Shown: positions 7,777 to 11,897 of the stretch, in pieces
How the letters are laid out: every line of letters begins with the position of its first letter
How positions within the stretch are numbered: position 1 is the stretch's first letter
Source: Thermoproteota archaeon
GTDB taxonomy: Archaea > Thermoproteota > EX4484-205 > JAAOZP01
NCBI GenBank assembly: GCA_049700215.1
Contig: JBNAVT010000043.1
Span: forward strand, 1-11,897
Direction of reading: 5' to 3'
Length of the DNA: 11,897 nucleotides
The notes under the pieces: generated by a model
Seen by the model: only the letters and a program-made list of their open reading frames with translations
Told to the model about the DNA's origin: nothing
Databases searched by the model: none
Translations under genes and position numbers: made by a program

Positions 7777-7782
7777 ATGGTG

Positions 7783-9867
7783 TCAACCTGGAACAGTAGG
7801 AGCCCATTCTATCCCTGCCTGTGCAACCGGCAGGAATATGTCGGTCACTATCGATACTATGAATGAGCCTAGGAATACCCCTATCGCCAACGGAACACCA
7901 TGCTCTTCATAGAGCTTTGAGCCACCTATCCTGAACGTTAGAAACTTCAAAACCCATGCGACTAGAAGATAACCCCAAAGCCAGTGTGCAGGCTGAGATA
8001 AGCCTATTACGAGACCTACTGGGTTCAACGGGAACCTTGCGAACGCAACCCTGGCCCAGAGAAGAACCCCGGCGAGGAAGAAGCCGGCAGCCCAGTTAGC
8101 CAGCTGAAGCCCAAGCAGGTCCTTGTTCCAGTTAAACCAGGAACAACCTTGAGCCTGGTTGAAAGCAGCGTTAAAGATCGCCTCTTGACCCCACCATGCT
8201 GGGCTGACCCACTGGCCGTACAGGGTGCCGCCATGCCCGAAGCCCCTGTCGAACCCAACCATGTAAGTGAAGACCAGCCACAGGGGGAGGCATATGAGGA
8301 CAGCGAGAACCATTGCGACAATGGTTGAAACCGCCATAGCCCTATTATGGGTTTTAGTTAAAGTTGCCAATTTGAAGGCTTCAAGCTGAGCGCTCTGAGG
8401 CGTGCCCGCACCACCCCAGTACCACGTGTAGTGCCCAGTCACCACGTAGCCCATGTTCCAAGCCGTGTAGGCACCTGCACCGTGTGCGGCTTGAGAAGCC
8501 GCTGAGGCCTGAGCCCCGACAAGCGAGTAGAGCCCTGCTTGAGACAGTAAAGTAGCCAAAACCTCCTGGGACTCCCATGGAGTATCGCCCTTCGCTATGC
8601 TTTCTCCACGGATCCTTGATGTTGCAACATACTGCAGACACGTGTATACTACGATTATCCCTGCAGCCCAGACTGGAACATAGACGGCGACCATGAGCAC
8701 TATGAGCAGCACTGTTGAAACTATGAAGGCCAGCCAGAGAGTTCGGTATGAGAACGGCTCGTTAGACTCGTCCAACACCTTTTTTCCAGACGCGTTCTTA
8801 AGTGTGGACACCAGGTATTTCCTCGCGTAGACGAGAAGCCACAGGCCTAGACCAATCATGGCACCCCATCCGATCATCCCGCCGGAAACAGGTGCGATAG
8901 CGCATGACGCCATGTTATGCCATGCCCCGCCGGAGCTTCCCCAGGGTGCTTGCAGCGCCGCGTATCCAGCCCAAGCAGATATAGCCGGAATAATGTCAGC
9001 GAATATAAACCAGGCGACTACGGCGGTGAAGAGGACATCAAGCGGAGCGAGGTACCATAGGCTTAGCTGAGACGGTGAAACGCTGAAGAACCAGCTTGAA
9101 TTGGGGAGCGCGACCTCTAAGGCTTCAATATGGTAGGTCTGCCACAGATTCCATCCTCGCCCAGGTGCCAAGGCGTCTATTAGGTTCCCAAGCATCAGTA
9201 GAAAGCCCAAGAGTATGCCTATCAGTATCTTTTTCACTCGGGGCTTTGCGGTTACGCCTAGGCCTAAATTGATCAGCTCATTAGTAATGTTCAAATATGG
9301 GAACGGGAGTTTCTCGACGTCTATCCATAGTTTCCGAAGTATCATCCCCATTGAAACCATGAAGACAACCAGGACTAGTGTGAAGACGATCCAGTAGCCT
9401 AACGCGGGTGCCCAAGCTGCCCACGGGACAGAGGTTCCCCCGGTGAAAGCAGCTAAAGCCGCCGTCGTGTCTTTTACTCCGAAGAGGGGGCTCATCTCCA
9501 GGGCTCCCGGTATTGTAGACACCCAGTATCCCATGTACCACCATTGTTTTTCCCACGCTGTGTTGAAAATCGATATTGAAAACGGTACTGCCACAGACCA
9601 GGCGAAGCCAAGGCTAACCGTTACCATGGCGAAGACGATAGCGTATTCGTCTGCCCTAAGCCTGAATGAACCGAGAAAGTAGCCAAGTATTGCCAGCACA
9701 AACAGGACTAGGAATGCTCCAGCGTTCATGCCCCAGAGGGTTAGATTCACGTTGGTCCAGTCTATTGAAAGCTGTATCAGCATCATCACTATGGAAACGA
9801 CTAGCCCAACTATGAAACCTCTAGACTTCAGAAATTTGCCGAGGAGGAATTCTTTCTCCTCACTCAT
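7783..9867 (-). CDS. OPT-superfamily-like polytopic membrane protein, DUF6785/DUF6784-like (694 aa)
   Basis: Many TM segments. Motifs VPWAAWAP, LRKLWIDVEKLPFP, SRIRGE, RFPLNPVG and AWVLKFLTFRIGGSKLY...PLAIGVFLG match my recollection of DUF6785/DUF6784 proteins (not search-verified). It shares the E-x-LPFP motif with the OPT gene. ATG at 9867, TGA at 7783-7785. Confidence 0.75.
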   Translation of the reverse strand: MSEEKEFLLGKFLKSRGFIVGLVVSIVMMLIQLSIDWTNVNLTLWGMNAGAFLVLFVLAILGYFLGSFRLRADEYAIVFAMVTVSLGFAWSVAVPFSISIFNTAWEKQWWYMGYWVSTIPGALEMSPLFGVKDTTAALAAFTGGTSVPWAAWAPALGYWIVFTLVLVVFMVSMGMILRKLWIDVEKLPFPYLNITNELINLGLGVTAKPRVKKILIGILLGFLLMLGNLIDALAPGRGWNLWQTYHIEALEVALPNSSWFFSVSPSQLSLWYLAPLDVLFTAVVAWFIFADIIPAISAWAGYAALQAPWGSSGGAWHNMASCAIAPVSGGMIGWGAMIGLGLWLLVYARKYLVSTLKNASGKKVLDESNEPFSYRTLWLAFIVSTVLLIVLMVAVYVPVWAAGIIVVYTCLQYVATSRIRGESIAKGDTPWESQEVLATLLSQAGLYSLVGAQASAASQAAHGAGAYTAWNMGYVVTGHYTWYWGGAGTPQSAQLEAFKLATLTKTHNRAMAVSTIVAMVLAVLICLPLWLVFTYMVGFDRGFGHGGTLYGQWVSPAWWGQEAIFNAAFNQAQGCSWFNWNKDLLGLQLANWAAGFFLAGVLLWARVAFARFPLNPVGLVIGLSQPAHWLWGYLLVAWVLKFLTFRIGGSKLYEEHGVPLAIGVFLGSFIVSIVTDIFLPVAQAGIEWAPTVPG

Positions 9868-9900
9868 AGCTTCTCACAATATTTGCATTCGAAAAACTTC

Positions 9901-9915
9901 TATTTAAACTTTATT
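9901..9915 (-). promoter_or_regulatory. Archaeal BRE/TATA promoter for the three-gene membrane module
   Basis: The minus strand reads AATAAAG-TTTAAATA, a consensus TATA box 34-41 nt upstream of the ATG at 9867. GTGAG lies 5 nt upstream of the ATG. Confidence 0.65.
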
Positions 9916-9968
9916 TATACAAATAAGTTAGCCTACTGACGCTGCAACATTTGTTCTCCCGCCTGCAA

Positions 9969-11615
9969 CTACTCCTTTCTAACGAGAAGCAGCACCGATA
10001 CTAAAAACTCTAGGATTGAAGTGGCCGTTAAACCGGCCACGCCTAAGGCAAAAGAAGCAGTTAGAAACAGAATTATGAAGTAAACCAGAGTCGGGATCAT
10101 CGCAATTAGGTAGCTGAGTATCCATGGGAGAATATAGTAGTAGAATTTTAGATACAGGTTTCCAGACGGGATGGTTCGCCCAAACATTCTTGAGAGGAGA
10201 ATGGTTTCAAATATTATTGAAGCCACGACAGAGAACGTGAAAACACCTCCGAAAAGCGTGAACACATGCACGATGCCCGGTGCCCTCAGCATAGTTATCG
10301 TCAACAGTACGAGGAGTGAAGCCAAATACACGGTTGACGATAGGATTGTCTTAGCTAGGATCAGTGTCCTCCTTACTAAAGGCAGGCTCCCAACGTAAGA
10401 ATAAGCCATGCTCTCAGTGTTTAAAAGCAATGGGGGGAGTATCAACACCATAAGTAGAGAAAACATGAACATGGGGAGAAGAATGGGAGGCATGGACTCA
10501 ACGGGAGCACTACCCATATCTGGGTATAGGGAGGTGAGGCTGATAATTACGATTTGTATAACCGGCATCATAAGTACGCTGAAATAGGAGGGGGATCTTG
10601 AAGCAATCCTGAGATCCTTCTTAAGAACCCCGAGCCACGGCGGCCCAGGATTTATAGAAACCTCCCTAACCTCAACCCTGCTGCCTGCGGCAACGCTTCC
10701 AAAGCCTATTCCGACAACCCTCTTGACAAGCCATTTGAAAGAGTATGCTGCCAGGGTGAGGTAGAGGATGGAGGAGCCTACTGATAAGGCAGCAACCATA
10801 GGGTCATCTGTCCTGAGGAAGGTGGCGAATGAGGCTAGGAAACCCAGTGAAAAAGGGTATATCAACGTAAGCAGGTATGAGAGGCTTTGAGTAAGGGTTT
10901 TCATCAGGTTAACCATCTGTATTGCGAAACCCGTAACCGCGTACATGAGAAACATTGGAATAATCCATACCAGCATGTAGAAAAGCCTCGTGAGTGTTTT
11001 CAACGATGATCCTCCACCCCCCTTAACCACTTTAGAATAGAAGGAGAGAGCAAGTAATACGGCTATTGCCAGTGCGAAAACCTCCGTTACTACAACACTC
11101 AGAAGGACGGTTAAGGCCCCTGTGACAGAGCCGTATGAGACACCGTATGCTACCGGGATTATTAGGACCGCCGCTATTAACGGAATGTCGAAGATCCTAA
11201 TGAAACACGTCAGGAGGATTTTTGAAACATCCCTGCTTGAAAGCGGGAGGGGGGTTAGGAACTCTGTAACCCTGGAGGAGACGAAGGATGTTGCAACCTG
11301 CAGCCCCATGAAGACAGTCATGAAAAGGACTATGCTGAGCATTGATGAGACACCGCACGCGGCAGCCAGCCCCTTATCCATTTGGAGCAGAACGCCTGAG
11401 AAGAAGGTGAAAACTCCGATGGCGCCGATGAAAACGGCAAAAATAACTTTGTTAAGCATAGAATTCCACTCTGCACTCCTGACGAGCTGCAGGATGCTTT
11501 TCTCAGCGCCGCCTGCTTGAGGCAGAGTCCCACCTAAGCGGAGTGAGAAGAACGATTGGAAAACTACCTCCCTGTAAACTTTTTTCGACAGCCGCCAGAG
11601 TTCAGAAGTATTCAT
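9969..11615 (-). CDS. ABC-2-type transporter permease with two TMD halves (548 aa)
   Basis: Hydrophobic throughout. 'VLKKDLRIASRSP' starts the second half, and the coupling-type motif is repeated (FLTPLPLSSRDV / YVGSLPLVRRTL). It starts 5 nt after the ATPase stop, with GGAGG (11630-11626) upstream. Confidence 0.8.
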   Translation of the reverse strand: MNTSELWRLSKKVYREVVFQSFFSLRLGGTLPQAGGAEKSILQLVRSAEWNSMLNKVIFAVFIGAIGVFTFFSGVLLQMDKGLAAACGVSSMLSIVLFMTVFMGLQVATSFVSSRVTEFLTPLPLSSRDVSKILLTCFIRIFDIPLIAAVLIIPVAYGVSYGSVTGALTVLLSVVVTEVFALAIAVLLALSFYSKVVKGGGGSSLKTLTRLFYMLVWIIPMFLMYAVTGFAIQMVNLMKTLTQSLSYLLTLIYPFSLGFLASFATFLRTDDPMVAALSVGSSILYLTLAAYSFKWLVKRVVGIGFGSVAAGSRVEVREVSINPGPPWLGVLKKDLRIASRSPSYFSVLMMPVIQIVIISLTSLYPDMGSAPVESMPPILLPMFMFSLLMVLILPPLLLNTESMAYSYVGSLPLVRRTLILAKTILSSTVYLASLLVLLTITMLRAPGIVHVFTLFGGVFTFSVVASIIFETILLSRMFGRTIPSGNLYLKFYYYILPWILSYLIAMIPTLVYFIILFLTASFALGVAGLTATSILEFLVSVLLLVRKE

Positions 11616-11620
11616 TAACC

Positions 11621-11897
11621 CTATGCCTCCAGGGCTTTAACTATCTCCTGCACCCCAGCCTCCTGCTCAGTCACCTTCAAGAATATTTCCTCCAAGGAGC
11701 CTTCCACGCTCTTAACCAGTTTTCGAAGACCGTCGACTGTGCCCTCGCCAACCATCCTCCCCCTGTTTATTATACCTACTCTCGTGCAGAGTCTTTCAGC
11801 AACCTCCATGATGTGTGTTGAAAAAATAACTGCACCACCCTTGCTCACGTGGAAGGTCAACAGTTCCTTGAGTATTTTAGACGAGAACGCGTCAAGC
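11621..11897 (-). CDS. ABC transporter ATP-binding protein, ABC-2/CcmA-like (5'-truncated by the window edge)
   Basis: The frame is open to the window edge and reads LDAFSSKILKELLTFHVSKGGAVIFSTHIMEVAERLCTRVGIINRGRMVGEGT...SLEEIFLKVT. This covers the end of the D-loop, the H-switch (STH) and the LEEIFL tail typical of ABC-2 ATPases. Confidence 0.92.
   Translation of the reverse strand, partial: LDAFSSKILKELLTFHVSKGGAVIFSTHIMEVAERLCTRVGIINRGRMVGEGTVDGLRKLVKSVEGSLEEIFLKVTEQEAGVQEIVKALEA

Noticed and set aside
1288-11623. Four of the six genes end in TAG, raising possible pyrrolysine or stop-codon recoding
   Set aside because: Each TAG falls at a natural protein end and is followed shortly by another in-frame stop (e.g. 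TAG-GGT-TAA, TAG-TGT-TAA). No gene is interrupted by an internal TAG.
1-11897. CRISPR arrays, IS elements, rRNA or tRNA genes, defence systems
   Set aside because: I found no periodic repeats, transposase, integrase or nuclease motifs, or RNA-gene signatures. The intergenic spaces are short (166 nt or less).

Overview
An 11.9-kb window with six protein-coding genes, all on the minus strand. It looks archaeal, based on TATA/BRE-type promoter motifs, GGAGG/GGTG ribosome-binding sites and an oligo-T tract after a gene; the lineage cannot be determined from sequence alone. In transcription order (right to left) the genes are: (1) the 3' end of an ABC-2-type ATPase; (2) its 548-aa duplicated permease; (3) a 694-aa Trp-rich OPT-superfamily-like membrane protein (DUF6785/DUF6784-like); (4) a ~1520-aa fusion of signal peptide, PA + M28-peptidase-fold domain, beta-rich domains, 3 TM helices, a MacB/FtsX-type permease and a C-terminal soluble domain; (5) a translationally coupled ~625-aa OPT-family transporter; (6) a cytoplasmic clan GH-A (GH17-like) glycoside hydrolase. 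The most notable element is the three-gene membrane module (3-5). Its M28 domain has lost the canonical zinc and catalytic residues, so it looks like a pseudo-enzyme receptor. Its FtsX permease has no MacB/LolD-type ATPase in the window and is flanked by two divergent OPT-like proteins. My inference is an uncharacterised receptor-coupled import or sensing complex, possibly for glycans or glycopeptides given the adjacent hydrolase. No rRNA, complete tRNA, CRISPR array or mobile element was recognised. All family assignments come from manual motif recognition, not database searches.
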